The translations under genes and the position numbers were made by a program. From IMG/VR virus record IMGVR_UViG_3300038968_000013, positions 49,317 through 113,316 of that record: 64,000 nt of DNA. One strand, 5' to 3'. Positions 10,487-20,694 of this stretch are shown in pieces (positions within the stretch are counted from its first letter, which is position 1; each line of letters begins with the position of its first letter). The notes under the pieces are model-generated. The model did not search any database, was not told the origin of the DNA, and saw only the letters and a list, made by a program, of their open reading frames with translations. This stretch comes from a virus (Duplodnaviria > Heunggongvirae > Uroviricota > Caudoviricetes).

Positions 10487-11301
10487 TAGGTGCTGCTACC
10501 TACAATCTGTAGCGTGAACGTGCTCTTGAGCGCGCCCGTGCTATTCGAAAGCGTCTGCTTGATCCACAGACCTGAGGCTTCTCCCGCCGCGAGAACGCCC
10601 GCTGCTGCCACTTCACCAGACACCGCAGGAATCTGTGTTGCGGCATTCGTGGTGATGAAGGTGACGGAGCTTGGGCTAGACGGCGCCGTGAGACGGTTGG
10701 TTGTGGACTGCGCCGAACCGGTCGCAAATCCCCACTCGATTACGGTGTCCGGATCAGCGGTACACGCGATCGTGGCATTCGTAAGCGAGAGGGTTCCGTG
10801 ATTGTTCTTCGCGTAGATCTTTTCGTAACGATCGACAGGGGAGCCGGTGGGAGTCTGCGAGTCGTAGAACAGCACGCGCACGGCACGCTCACCCGCAGCG
10901 ATAGTCGTGAAATCCGGGGTGTCCCCATCATCCCTTATTGTAATCGTTCCCACCGCGTTGGTGAGTGCGGACCCAGATTGAAGGCGAACCTCCGCAAGTA
11001 GGATGCGCTCAAAGACCTTTGCACCTGTGGTAAAGGTGTTGGCGCTTGCTGAGATGTTGATGTCCTCAGTGTCAATAACACCGGTCGCGAGACGTCCAGT
11101 GATACGAACCTTCTTGTCGCCGTCGCTTGTTCCACTCGATGCCACCTCAACGGCGGTTCCCGTAGAACCAGGGATCTGTCCGGTCGAGAAGACTGGACGA
11201 GTCTTGGTTGTCGTTTCGATAGCGCCACCCGACGTTCCGCTGTCGGACGTCGGCATATTCGCGCTGGTGTAAAGTACTAGATCAGTAGCTGCGATACTCA
11301 T
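10486..11301 (-). CDS. Ser/Thr/Gly-rich beta-type structural protein (decoration or fibre candidate)
   Basis: 271 aa, very S/T/G-rich. The start overlaps the upstream stop codon. Confidence 0.4.
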   Translation of the reverse strand: MSIAATDLVLYTSANMPTSDSGTSGGAIETTTKTRPVFSTGQIPGSTGTAVEVASSGTSDGDKKVRITGRLATGVIDTEDINISASANTFTTGAKVFERILLAEVRLQSGSALTNAVGTITIRDDGDTPDFTTIAAGERAVRVLFYDSQTPTGSPVDRYEKIYAKNNHGTLSLTNATIACTADPDTVIEWGFATGSAQSTTNRLTAPSSPSSVTFITTNAATQIPAVSGEVAAAGVLAAGEASGLWIKQTLSNSTGALKSTFTLQIVGSST

Positions 11302-11313
11302 GTTGTTACTCCG

Positions 11314-12720
11314 TTAGTTCAAGACATCCTCGTCCGTAATGTCTGCGACAGTGACAGATTCGTCTGTGAAAGTTGCCATCTTTAGTTCTTCGGTAGCAGT
11401 AGCTAGCGTCAAAGCTTCCCCACTGATGGTGAGAACCTGTAGTGACTCTAGAACCATCTCCGCTGCACGGACCATCTCGTTTGTGAACTTGATGAACCGA
11501 ATCAGCGAGGGAAGGCCGATAGCCTCAAAAGGGATACCCTTAGAGCTAGCAACCTTTTGTAGGTTCTCGTAGGCTAGCTCGAAGGCTTTGATATTCTTCG
11601 TCAGGTTTTCAAAAGCCACCTGACTATCAGACCGTAGCGTTACTAGAGCTTCGATCTGAACGGCGCGAGACGCCGAGATAAGGCCCCCGCGTGCTTCGTA
11701 CGGAACCTCTGACGTCGATTGCACACCCGTCACGTTTTCAACGGGTACAATAAGGGAGGATGTACGGCTCCCGAGATTTTCTAGCGCGACATCGATCCCG
11801 TGCTGGATCTTAGAGACCGCCTCTAGGGCTGCCTGGCGAGACGCCTGGAGTCCTACCAGCGCCTCATACGCTCCGACCACACTTACCGCCGAAGTCTTAA
11901 GTGCCTCAAATTCTACCACAAATTGCACCGAAAGCATAGAAGATGTTGCTTCAAATGCTACCGGAACGCCCCGTGCTAGCCCGCTAAGGTTTTCCCAATG
12001 CGCCTGGACCGTAGCCTGGAGGGCTATGATGTTCTCGATCGTGGCGTCATGGGTAGAAACGACCTTCGCCAGCGCCTCGTAGGACGTGGCAAGATCCTTG
12101 GCAATTTGCTTCTTTGCCTCAAAGCTTACTGCCGAGCTGTTCATGGTGCCTGCGACCGCCTCCAGAAGAGGGGTCTGGGTGACCAGAATCCCGACAAGCG
12201 CCTCGAAGCTAATGTCCTGTGCCCGCGCCAGGGTGACCAGCGACTCAAAGCTTACCGTGCTTGGCTGGACCGCCCGGAGCAGGGCTTCAAATTGGTTCAC
12301 CCGGCTGGCCGCGAGCCCAACCACGTCCTCGTACGACGGGGTTAGACTCGTAGCCAGTGAGACCAGGGCTTCAAGAACGGCAGGTTGATTTGCCGCAACC
12401 GTATTCGTAGCTTCGTAGGAAACCTGCAGCGCCTTCGCCAGGCCGACGATATCCTCGTGTGAAACATCACTAGAGAGCGAGACTTTAACCAGGGCTTCGT
12501 AAACAGCCTGGAGCCCAAACGCGAGCGAGGTCAGGTTCTCAATACCTACCGTACTGCTGGCTACTTGCCCAACCAGTACCTCATACGCGATCGGAGAGAC
12601 GGTCGAGATCCCGACGATGTTCTCGTAGGCGACGCTGCGGGTCTGTTCTAGCTTGACGATGTTTTCGAAGACAGTCTGAACTTCGGTACCAACGTCGTTG
12701 TCATCAATCAGTAGTAGCAT
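11314..12720 (-). CDS. tandem 14-residue-repeat protein (x-S/A-Y/F-E-A/N-L/I core), function unknown
   Basis: About 30 consecutive repeats are visible in the translation (VAYENI, IAYEVL, AVYEAL, VSYEAT, PSYEDV, NQFEAL, VSFESL, ISFEAL...). Confidence 0.6.
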   Translation of the reverse strand: MLLLIDDNDVGTEVQTVFENIVKLEQTRSVAYENIVGISTVSPIAYEVLVGQVASSTVGIENLTSLAFGLQAVYEALVKVSLSSDVSHEDIVGLAKALQVSYEATNTVAANQPAVLEALVSLATSLTPSYEDVVGLAASRVNQFEALLRAVQPSTVSFESLVTLARAQDISFEALVGILVTQTPLLEAVAGTMNSSAVSFEAKKQIAKDLATSYEALAKVVSTHDATIENIIALQATVQAHWENLSGLARGVPVAFEATSSMLSVQFVVEFEALKTSAVSVVGAYEALVGLQASRQAALEAVSKIQHGIDVALENLGSRTSSLIVPVENVTGVQSTSEVPYEARGGLISASRAVQIEALVTLRSDSQVAFENLTKNIKAFELAYENLQKVASSKGIPFEAIGLPSLIRFIKFTNEMVRAAEMVLESLQVLTISGEALTLATATEELKMATFTDESVTVADITDEDVLN

Positions 12721-15700
12721 TAGTCAAAGTCACAAAAGTAGTAACCACACTGCTTATCCTGCGAGCATGGGAGTCCAATCTTACTATCTGCACCAGCTGA
12801 GCAAGCATAACAATCGGCTGCCGTAGAGCAGGCACGTCCCTTTAGAAAGCCACTCTGGCAGGTAGTGCTACAGGTCGGCGCAGTGTTGCAGACACCATCT
12901 GTCTTCTTCCCCAGGTTCCCAGCGAAATCCACATTTGCAGCACAGGCGCTAAGGAGATCACAGTAGGCGCTTGACCCCTCCTGAGTATAATGGACCTTAT
13001 CAGCCAAGTATGGGTGCGAGGCGTCCTTCGTAAGGATTGAAGCGCCACCCTTGTCAATGAAGTACTGGAACGAATCGACAAAATTTCCACCTGTCGCGAT
13101 TTGCTCGGCTACTAGCCAAGATCGCCAGGAAATGACATCTTGAGTTCCTTCAAACCACCCAGTCTGCTTCCCGTTTTCTACGCCCGAATTAGTCGGAGCT
13201 GAGGTCACCCAAACGTTCTCAACCACCTTACAGACTCCGCTATCGCATTGTCCACCGGAGCTACATGTTTGGCCATTCTGTGTCCCACCGCGACAGCGCA
13301 TCGTTGCCTTATCGTCAATTGATCGCTTGCCCCGAATCATACGCGCAAGGGTATTAGACGTTGCACAGATACCGCTACAGCCAACTGCTCCCGTGGCTGG
13401 GGTACACCCGCTGTAGGAGTCCGCATGAGTAGCCGCTGACGCGGTTGCGACTACGCTGGACCGTGCTGTTACGCAGACGTTAGAGCTACATGTCGTTGTA
13501 GTGATAGTGCCACAGGTACCACTTGGGCAGTCTGCTGGCTTTGTGCAGGAGAGCCCATTGTTTGCGCCGCCGGAGCACGTCGAGGGAAATGGGCCCGCAC
13601 CACCGAGGTGGCACTCTGAGCTTGAAGAGCAGGAGCAGGGCCCAGAGATGTTTGCTAACCCGAATGAGGTTGAGTTCTTAGCCATAGCGCAGAACGCCAC
13701 AAACGGGTAATCCTCTGAGTCCCAATTTGACGTCTCGGGACAGGAGCACTCTTTTCCCTGGTCGGTGCCGTACCCGCCAGCAGCTGTCCACGACTCACAG
13801 AACCCATTCTTTAAGATTCCCCCGTAGGACGAATTATTATAGGGAGCCGCCGTCGCAACCGGGTGAACCGTGTTGTTAGCGATCTGAATGAACGCTACAT
13901 CAATGGCTAGTCCACCTGTTCCAGTAATTGGAATGGTTGTGATCTTGTTTCCGGTTCCACTTTGCCCAGCCGCAAGCGTGTAGAAATCGCGATCGATGTC
14001 TCCCATGGAAGCACCGCCACGGGCCTGATCGTAGATAGCCGAAGCCTCAATCATGCTCGCCGCGCATGCAACCTTAACAGTAGATTGATCGGTTCGCGAA
14101 TCACCCATTAGGCCAACTCGCTTGTCACCCGGCAGCACATCGGAGGGGATCGGCGTGGGGCTTTGACTTACAACCTCTAGGTCCGCAAAAGTAATACGCG
14201 CCTGGTCCCCATTTTTGTGAAAAACGGTCTTATGAACCTCACCGATATAGTCATCAATCCCAGCATAGCTAATAGTGCTATTGTCGGGGTTTGTATTGAT
14301 GAGAAAAGGCACCGGGAAGTACAGCGTATCGCCAGTTCCGTCGTCTGGAACAAAGTTGTTCAGATCAAAGGATGTGCCAGTCTTAACGTTCGGCGTTCCG
14401 GCGATATCGCGGAGGCTGAGTTGCACGCCAGCCCCTAGGGTGTCGCTCCCCTCTGTGTCTTGCGCCGCAACATTAAAGACCGCAGCAAGCGGCGTAAAGC
14501 TACGGCTCGTTGGCTCCTGGAATTCAACCTCGCGGAGCCAGTCGGCATCATCGACACTAGTGTTTTCTGAAATACGAGTGGTGTTTCCATCCGGCTCGTT
14601 CGCAACGGTTCCGTTTCCGGTTAGACACTTATACTCATTGCCAGCCCCAGAGCACCCAGTCCCGACCCATCCTAGGTCCGCTCCGTTAGCGTCTACCCAC
14701 AGGGATTCAGAGACCCAGTTTGTTGATGGCGAGCTGCCTGTTTGCACAATCAGATTGTCACCAAAAACGCGCGAACGCTCTCCACTGTCATCCGGCCCAA
14801 AGAGCACACGATCCGGGGAAACAAGGCTGGTGTATGGACTTGTGAGGCCAGTTGTCGTACAGGATGCGTTAACGCATGACCCAGCAAGAGAGCAGTTGTT
14901 GCTATTGCAGTCCCCGTTTACAGTACAAGTCGCACCAGCGTTTGTGCCGCCAACGCAAGCCTTCATGAGGTTGTAAGTAGGCCACGTTGTGTTACACTCA
15001 CAGTCGGTATTCGTCGCGCAGGCTAGGTTCAGCGTTCCTCCGTTTGCCAGGCGGGAACGAATAGAGTCTCCCCCTGTGCATTTCCCCACCCGTTGAGTTC
15101 CAAGTCCGCGCTGATAAACGACGGGTAGATTGCTTGTGCATACGCCTCCGGTCCCGCAGTCTGCGTTGACGTTGCATACTGACCCGCTAGGGGCCGTTCC
15201 GGCAGTGCAGAGCTTGCCAAACTCGCCGCTATAGAACTTACAGGTTACTTCACCGGTTCCGTTTACCTGCTCAACTGCCATTACGTTTTGGCTGTTTTGC
15301 GCACGGGAAATTAGACCAAAGTAAGAGGGGGAGCACTTCGCCTCATTTGGGCGAAGCTCATCGCATTCGTTAATGCAGTGACAATCGCTTCCGTCGCAAC
15401 TAAGGGTTTCGTTTTCATCGCGAACGCACGCCGTTGGGTTGCTTCCCATTGAAAGGTAATCGGGACGGCCAGGTAGGCAATCCGCGACTGTAGTACAGGA
15501 TTGCCCGCATACGGTATCCACCATTTCAACCGACTGCTGGCATCGACCAACGACCTCCTGCGCATTCCCGTAAAGTACGGCAAAGTGCTCAAGGGGCTGA
15601 GAGCAAGCACCAGAGATAGTATTTAGACCCTGGTCTGTGCATGTCTGCCAATGATAAAGCGAACACCCCTTTTCGGTGCTTGTGGCAAGGGAGATAAGGG

Positions 15701-16157
15701 GACGACGCTGTGGCTTGCAGTACCCGCTTCCGCAGTTTGCTGCCGAGTTGCATGGGGAACCATTACGGGTCGGACCAACGCAAATGGGCATAGCCCCCAG
15801 CATAGGGAGCGTGTACATTCCGGCTAGGAGTTGCGTGTAAGTCGACCCGAGAAGCACGGTGCCGTTAGAATTGACTCCATCCGCGCTGCTACTGTCAAAG
15901 TCAATCAACATGCGGTTATTCACAGCCGACGTAAACAATGTTGTGTTGAGACTTGGCCAGTACGGATTAGTACTAGCAGAAATCGCGACGCTGTTAGAGC
16001 GATATCGCGGCGCTGTCCCTCCGACCCCACCTGTAAAGACCGAGGTCTTAACCGGCGTGTCGTTTGTTGCAACGTCCGATCCGGCAAAGAACTGAGTTGT
16101 TGCAGCTTGCGCAGGCGAAGCAAACAGTAAGAAGAAGTAGAGAATGATCCAATACAT
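12720..16157 (-). CDS. 1145-aa secreted Cys-rich protein
   Basis: Classic Sec signal peptide MYWIILYFFLLFASPAQA|AT. Many CxxGxC / CxSGxC-type Cys pairs (CGSGYC, CGTGGVC, CNSNNC, CDSGVC, CPSGTC). The start overlaps the upstream stop codon. Confidence 0.65.
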   Translation of the reverse strand: MYWIILYFFLLFASPAQAATTQFFAGSDVATNDTPVKTSVFTGGVGGTAPRYRSNSVAISASTNPYWPSLNTTLFTSAVNNRMLIDFDSSSADGVNSNGTVLLGSTYTQLLAGMYTLPMLGAMPICVGPTRNGSPCNSAANCGSGYCKPQRRPLISLATSTEKGCSLYHWQTCTDQGLNTISGACSQPLEHFAVLYGNAQEVVGRCQQSVEMVDTVCGQSCTTVADCLPGRPDYLSMGSNPTACVRDENETLSCDGSDCHCINECDELRPNEAKCSPSYFGLISRAQNSQNVMAVEQVNGTGEVTCKFYSGEFGKLCTAGTAPSGSVCNVNADCGTGGVCTSNLPVVYQRGLGTQRVGKCTGGDSIRSRLANGGTLNLACATNTDCECNTTWPTYNLMKACVGGTNAGATCTVNGDCNSNNCSLAGSCVNASCTTTGLTSPYTSLVSPDRVLFGPDDSGERSRVFGDNLIVQTGSSPSTNWVSESLWVDANGADLGWVGTGCSGAGNEYKCLTGNGTVANEPDGNTTRISENTSVDDADWLREVEFQEPTSRSFTPLAAVFNVAAQDTEGSDTLGAGVQLSLRDIAGTPNVKTGTSFDLNNFVPDDGTGDTLYFPVPFLINTNPDNSTISYAGIDDYIGEVHKTVFHKNGDQARITFADLEVVSQSPTPIPSDVLPGDKRVGLMGDSRTDQSTVKVACAASMIEASAIYDQARGGASMGDIDRDFYTLAAGQSGTGNKITTIPITGTGGLAIDVAFIQIANNTVHPVATAAPYNNSSYGGILKNGFCESWTAAGGYGTDQGKECSCPETSNWDSEDYPFVAFCAMAKNSTSFGLANISGPCSCSSSSECHLGGAGPFPSTCSGGANNGLSCTKPADCPSGTCGTITTTTCSSNVCVTARSSVVATASAATHADSYSGCTPATGAVGCSGICATSNTLARMIRGKRSIDDKATMRCRGGTQNGQTCSSGGQCDSGVCKVVENVWVTSAPTNSGVENGKQTGWFEGTQDVISWRSWLVAEQIATGGNFVDSFQYFIDKGGASILTKDASHPYLADKVHYTQEGSSAYCDLLSACAANVDFAGNLGKKTDGVCNTAPTCSTTCQSGFLKGRACSTAADCYACSAGADSKIGLPCSQDKQCGYYFCDFD

Positions 16158-17479
16158 TACATCACCGGAATAAAGTAAGTTGCGTTAGCTGACCCAGCAT
16201 TCGACCACGCGCACTGCACCCAAACGTCCGCAATATCCATCGCAGCTCCACTTGCAGAGGCGCTTTTATACCCACCAACCTCTAGGCCGTTAAGGTAATT
16301 AAGCCGCGTTGAAACCCCTGATCCGAACCCAGTGATGATGATGTTAAAGGTACTGTAGGTCTCGGCAGAGAGCGTAACTTGGGTATCGACAGGCGTCGGA
16401 GTCGCAGCTGGCGCCGTTGGACTTGGTGCAGGAATCGCAATATAGCGAAGCTGGTAAGTTCGATTCGTACCAGTAGTGCGTCCCGCCCTGGCTTGATAGC
16501 GGCACCCGTGAATAAAATCGACACCAGCTGCCGAAGCTGGAATTGCCGGGGTTGGCGTACCTGAGTCCCACGCCGCGAGACCCATGGTCTGTCCTGTGGT
16601 GTCGTCGCCTGCGTTTGACTGCGCATAGTTGTTGTCTGAGGTAGTCCCATCGTGATTCGCTGCCCAGACGTAGGACGCTGGCGAAGATTCCCATACCGCC
16701 CAAATGTTCGACGATCCGGTTCCGTTGTTAACCTTAGTAGAGGCTGGCCAGTTGTTGTACGTCCCGTTCGAGTCACCTTTTCGAATATTTACGTAGGTGT
16801 TCGGCGTCGGCATATCTCCGGTTCCGATGTAGAGGTCGTCAAACTTTTGATACTGGAAGTGATTACCAGAAACCGTTAGCGCAGCCGAGAGGGTAAGGGC
16901 ATCGATGTTCGTAATAGTACGACCAGTGTGAGTAGACCCAAGCTGGGACCACGTACCACCGGACTCTTGGTACCATTTTGTAGAGCCTGATCCGCTTCCC
17001 GTTACCACCTCAATTAAGAAGGGCACCCAGGTATTCGTTGGAAGGGCGTAAGTGTTTCCTGACTGCGCCCCATTTGTTTCTAGCGTTAGCGTGTAATCGG
17101 TTGTGCCGTTGGGGCAACTAAACTTTAGCTTGATGTCTCCCCAATCGGCAATCGCGCCGGTTGGGGTATTCGTGCAAGTTGTAAACGGGGTAACTTGAAT
17201 GCGGAAAAACAGGTAAACCGTTCCCGTAGCCCCAAGCCCTGTAACAACAGAACAAGTCCCGGATGTCCCAGACGACTTCTCCATGAGCACAAAGTAGTCA
17301 CCTGAAGCGGCCGACCCGCTATTGATCTTGGTCTGGGATAGTCCGGTATTACAGGCAAGGCCCTTTTCCCCCTGCTCAAAGCCTTCAGCCCAGAGCATCC
17401 CTGCTTGTACGTTCCCGCACAGAGTTAAAACAAAAAGAACTGCGGCAATTAGTCCGCGTCGACAGTGTAGGAAAAGCAA
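16157..17479 (-). CDS. 440-aa secreted protein
   Basis: Signal peptide ...AAVLFVLTLCGNVQA|GM. The body is Thr/Gly/Ser-rich. Confidence 0.55.
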   Translation of the reverse strand: MLFLHCRRGLIAAVLFVLTLCGNVQAGMLWAEGFEQGEKGLACNTGLSQTKINSGSAASGDYFVLMEKSSGTSGTCSVVTGLGATGTVYLFFRIQVTPFTTCTNTPTGAIADWGDIKLKFSCPNGTTDYTLTLETNGAQSGNTYALPTNTWVPFLIEVVTGSGSGSTKWYQESGGTWSQLGSTHTGRTITNIDALTLSAALTVSGNHFQYQKFDDLYIGTGDMPTPNTYVNIRKGDSNGTYNNWPASTKVNNGTGSSNIWAVWESSPASYVWAANHDGTTSDNNYAQSNAGDDTTGQTMGLAAWDSGTPTPAIPASAAGVDFIHGCRYQARAGRTTGTNRTYQLRYIAIPAPSPTAPAATPTPVDTQVTLSAETYSTFNIIITGFGSGVSTRLNYLNGLEVGGYKSASASGAAMDIADVWVQCAWSNAGSANATYFIPVM

Positions 17480-18942
17480 ATGTTGATCCGTTTCGCGTTA
17501 GAACCTGACACGTAGTCCAGGTCGATTTCATCACCAACGGCCACCTTACCCTCCGCTGCTTGGATAGTGGTCGTACACGCCCCACCTGTTGAGGTAGAGC
17601 AAGCAAGATCGCTTGTCGCAATATCGGCGGGAGAGCCGTCATCGCGTTGAATGTTGATTGTAGCTGCCGCTGAAGCCTCGCTACTAATCTCGCAACACAG
17701 CTGCGTGATTGTAATCGCACGAGCCTTATTCATCCAGATGGATGGAATATCGAGAGTGGCTGGATTAAGGGCCGAGGTTTCGTTGAAGATTGTAAAACAC
17801 GCCTGCTGCGTCTTCATGGCCACAGAGGCATAAGTGCTGTCGATGTCAACGCATGTCGGAGCTGCGTTGTCCGTAAGTGTTTGGGCAACTGTTCCAGCGC
17901 CACAGGCCCCCGCACCCGCCGCCGCTACGGATGAGGTTGCGAAGGTGGTCCCCGTCCCGCGTAAATAGCGACCGGAGGTTGCAGTGTTGTTGGCACCAGT
18001 GCCACCGTACGATTCGTCTAGTGGGGTGGAAATCTTGAGGCCCGTGAGGATACTTACCTCTTGGCCATCAAACTCAAGGTCGTTAAGCGTAGAGTCGTAT
18101 TCAATCGACATCTGTTGAGTTGTACCGAAGTACTTCTTAACGTCGTTCAGCATCCAAGTAGCGGGCATATTTCCGGTAGCAATTGGATCTGTAACCCGCA
18201 GTAGATTGGCCCCAGCGGAAACAGTCAGAACCCCTCCGGTTGCCGAACCAGAGAAATCCCCCGTGGTGAATTCGATTTTTTCTACCCGGTCGCCTGGAGA
18301 TACAACACCAATAGAGGCCCGGATGCTTGGAATTCGCCAACCGTAAGTAGAGCTTCCAAGGTACGAGCAGTAAAAGAAGCTCTGCCCATCCGTAGTAAGA
18401 TCATTGTCGATGCAGACGCGCCCAACCTCATCCGCAGCATCACAGTTGGCGGAAGAACAGGAGGTTGCATTTGGGAGTTCGACTTGCGCTGCGCCAAAGT
18501 CCTGCACCGTTGCCCCGTAGGTGTTAGCCTCATCCTCATAGCAAATCGCCGAGGGGAGCTTAGATCGTGTTGTGATGCCACTCGCATCAATGTCTGCATC
18601 CGCAACGGTCCCATTTGCAATCTCTGCGGTTCCAACAGCACCCGTTGCGATCTCTGTCGCGGTTACACCATCGGCCTTGATGCTGATAGCACCACTCGAC
18701 GCTGAGAAGTTGTTTGTGTTGAATGACGCGGCGCCCTTCTGAGAGGTCGAGGCATCGGGGATCGAGATGCTACACTGCCCTCCGCTAACACTTCCGGTCA
18801 GCGGAGGCGTGATGCTCGTTTCGAAGCAGGTATCGTACGCTCCACCGTAACTAATCGATGGAGGCGGATAACTGATCTGCGCCCACCCTGGCGTTGCGAG
18901 TAGGAGAACGAAAAGAATGACCAGGAGGTAACGCTTTACCAT
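17449..18942 (-). CDS. 497-aa secreted protein with fibre-like GTAEIANGTVADADI repeats
   Basis: Signal peptide MVKRYLLVILFVLLLATPGWA|Q. Contains the phage-fibre-like repeat IKADGVTATEIATGAVGTAEIANGTVADADI. Confidence 0.55.
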   Translation of the reverse strand: MVKRYLLVILFVLLLATPGWAQISYPPPSISYGGAYDTCFETSITPPLTGSVSGGQCSISIPDASTSQKGAASFNTNNFSASSGAISIKADGVTATEIATGAVGTAEIANGTVADADIDASGITTRSKLPSAICYEDEANTYGATVQDFGAAQVELPNATSCSSANCDAADEVGRVCIDNDLTTDGQSFFYCSYLGSSTYGWRIPSIRASIGVVSPGDRVEKIEFTTGDFSGSATGGVLTVSAGANLLRVTDPIATGNMPATWMLNDVKKYFGTTQQMSIEYDSTLNDLEFDGQEVSILTGLKISTPLDESYGGTGANNTATSGRYLRGTGTTFATSSVAAAGAGACGAGTVAQTLTDNAAPTCVDIDSTYASVAMKTQQACFTIFNETSALNPATLDIPSIWMNKARAITITQLCCEISSEASAAATINIQRDDGSPADIATSDLACSTSTGGACTTTIQAAEGKVAVGDEIDLDYVSGSNAKRINICFSYTVDAD

Positions 18943-19358
18943 TTTTGCACCCGGAGGGTCTTGTTGTTGGTTGTAGCTACACAGTAAACGTTCCCAGTAA
19001 AAATACCTGGACCATTCTGCTGATAGGAACCATTGTTTGGAATAGGAATCCCGTTGGTTGAGGCAACCGAGGAGTGGAATCCCATGTAGATTGTCGCGCC
19101 GGAATTGTTGTAGATGAGCCAGCCCACCTTCGAACCAGCCGCGACTACGATCTCAGGCGTATTGGCGGTATCAAGGGTTAGCTCGACGGGAGCTGTTTGT
19201 GTGGCGCCCGCCGTAACATTGCCGCCGTCTGGATCATCGAGAGAAACGCGCTGCACATAGCGAGTAACGGGCCCAGGGTCCGACACCTGATATGTCGCAA
19301 CGTTGTGGGTCGTCCCGGCTGTTGCGGTCCCCTTAACTACACTCGCCTTTGTTGCCAT
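18936..19358 (-). CDS. hypothetical small beta-rich protein (decoration candidate)
   Basis: 140 aa, Thr/Gly/Asn-rich, sited between the GT4 gene and the secreted-protein genes. Confidence 0.45.
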   Translation of the reverse strand: MATKASVVKGTATAGTTHNVATYQVSDPGPVTRYVQRVSLDDPDGGNVTAGATQTAPVELTLDTANTPEIVVAAGSKVGWLIYNNSGATIYMGFHSSVASTNGIPIPNNGSYQQNGPGIFTGNVYCVATTNNKTLRVQKW

Positions 19359-19361
19359 ACG

Positions 19362-20351
19362 TTACAGATCCTTAATGATATCAATGATACCTTGCGCGGA
19401 TCGTTCCCACGTAAACGCTTGAAGGTCTTGGTGAGCACGCTTTCCGACGATGAGCGAGTTGTCGTAATCGTGCATCACCGCTGCCATCTGCCTTGCGAGG
19501 CCCGGAAGATCCACGATCGCAAACTCGTACTTGCCTGTTGGGTTCGTAACTGCGGGGCCACCCATTGACGCTTCGATCCGCTCTAGCTTGTGCGGAGCAA
19601 AGAAGCAGTTACGGCGATTCGCAAACTCCAGCATCCCAGAGTACTCAGTGGTAATCGTGGGAAGCCCAGAGGACATCGCCTCGGCAACGGTCAAACCCCA
19701 GCCTTCGCCCATGGTCGGCATCACGAAACAGTGCGCCGAATGATACAGCTCGATCATTTCCTCGCGTGTAACATTTCGCCCATCCGTGATGGTGTTGCCA
19801 CGCTTGAAAACGTTCTGAAGATCTGGGTTGTGCGAGGTAGTTTTGATGTACAGTTCAACGAAGGGAATCTCTTTGAAGAAGTGATCCCAGACCACTCCTA
19901 GATTCCACCACCCCTTACGAGCATTAAAGGCGCCCACCCACAAGAAACGAAACTTCTCGTTCTGATCTTGTGAAATCGAGCGCCTTACGTAGGGGACATG
20001 ATCTGTCCCGAGAGGCACCACCTCCACGCGCTTCCCCGTCCACTTACGAAAGTATCGCTGGCAGAACTTGGAAGGCACGATGATAAGGTCGGCCTTGCGC
20101 ACCCGATCAAGCACATCTTGCGTGCAATCGGGTGTTTCGTACATCGTGATCAGAACATTAAACTTGCCTTGAAAGTGCTCAAACGCGTGCGGAGCACAGT
20201 AGGAAATATGAATGGGGCTGCGCCCGGAGATCTGAACCCCAAGCTTTTGAAACGCGGACTTCGTTCGAAAGATCGCGTTGTGATACCCGTAGTAGTTCCC
20301 GCCAGGAAGGTACTCGCCTTCCTTCGTGAACCACGAAACACTGACTGCCAC
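19362..20351 (-). CDS. glycosyltransferase, GT-B fold (GT4-like), paralog of 6048..7130
   Basis: EGWGLTVAEAMSSGLPTITT motif. Overall collinear with the 6048..7130 protein. Confidence 0.8.
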   Translation of the reverse strand: MAVSVSWFTKEGEYLPGGNYYGYHNAIFRTKSAFQKLGVQISGRSPIHISYCAPHAFEHFQGKFNVLITMYETPDCTQDVLDRVRKADLIIVPSKFCQRYFRKWTGKRVEVVPLGTDHVPYVRRSISQDQNEKFRFLWVGAFNARKGWWNLGVVWDHFFKEIPFVELYIKTTSHNPDLQNVFKRGNTITDGRNVTREEMIELYHSAHCFVMPTMGEGWGLTVAEAMSSGLPTITTEYSGMLEFANRRNCFFAPHKLERIEASMGGPAVTNPTGKYEFAIVDLPGLARQMAAVMHDYDNSLIVGKRAHQDLQAFTWERSAQGIIDIIKDL

Positions 20352-20382
20352 TCACTGAAGCCTGATCGTACCCAGATTAGGT

Positions 20383-20622
20383 TTAGCGACGGTTTTGACG
20401 CGTCATCATGCGGTGGTTCGGAGGAAAATCATCAGCCGCTGTCCCTGCCTTTGGAGGCGGTGGCGGTGCTGGCTCTTCACTCTCGAAAACTTCGAGCCGA
20501 ACGACTAGCTGTCGAATCCGCAGCTCTTCAGCTAGTGGGACCACGAAAATCGATCCCTTGGGATGCCAGACGCCATCGGCTGTCGCGACCGGCAGGATTG
20601 CTTGAACTTTGCTTAGTTTCAT
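20383..20622 (-). CDS. hypothetical small Pro-rich protein
   Basis: Track ORF 20383..20646, with the likely start at the internal MKLSKV. Confidence 0.3.
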   Translation of the reverse strand: MKLSKVQAILPVATADGVWHPKGSIFVVPLAEELRIRQLVVRLEVFESEEPAPPPPPKAGTAADDFPPNHRMMTRQNRR

Positions 20623-20694
20623 AACACAACAACGGGGGAAGAGCAAGAAATTCCCACTCTTCCCCCGCTTCCTGTTTTGATTCCCTACGACGGA

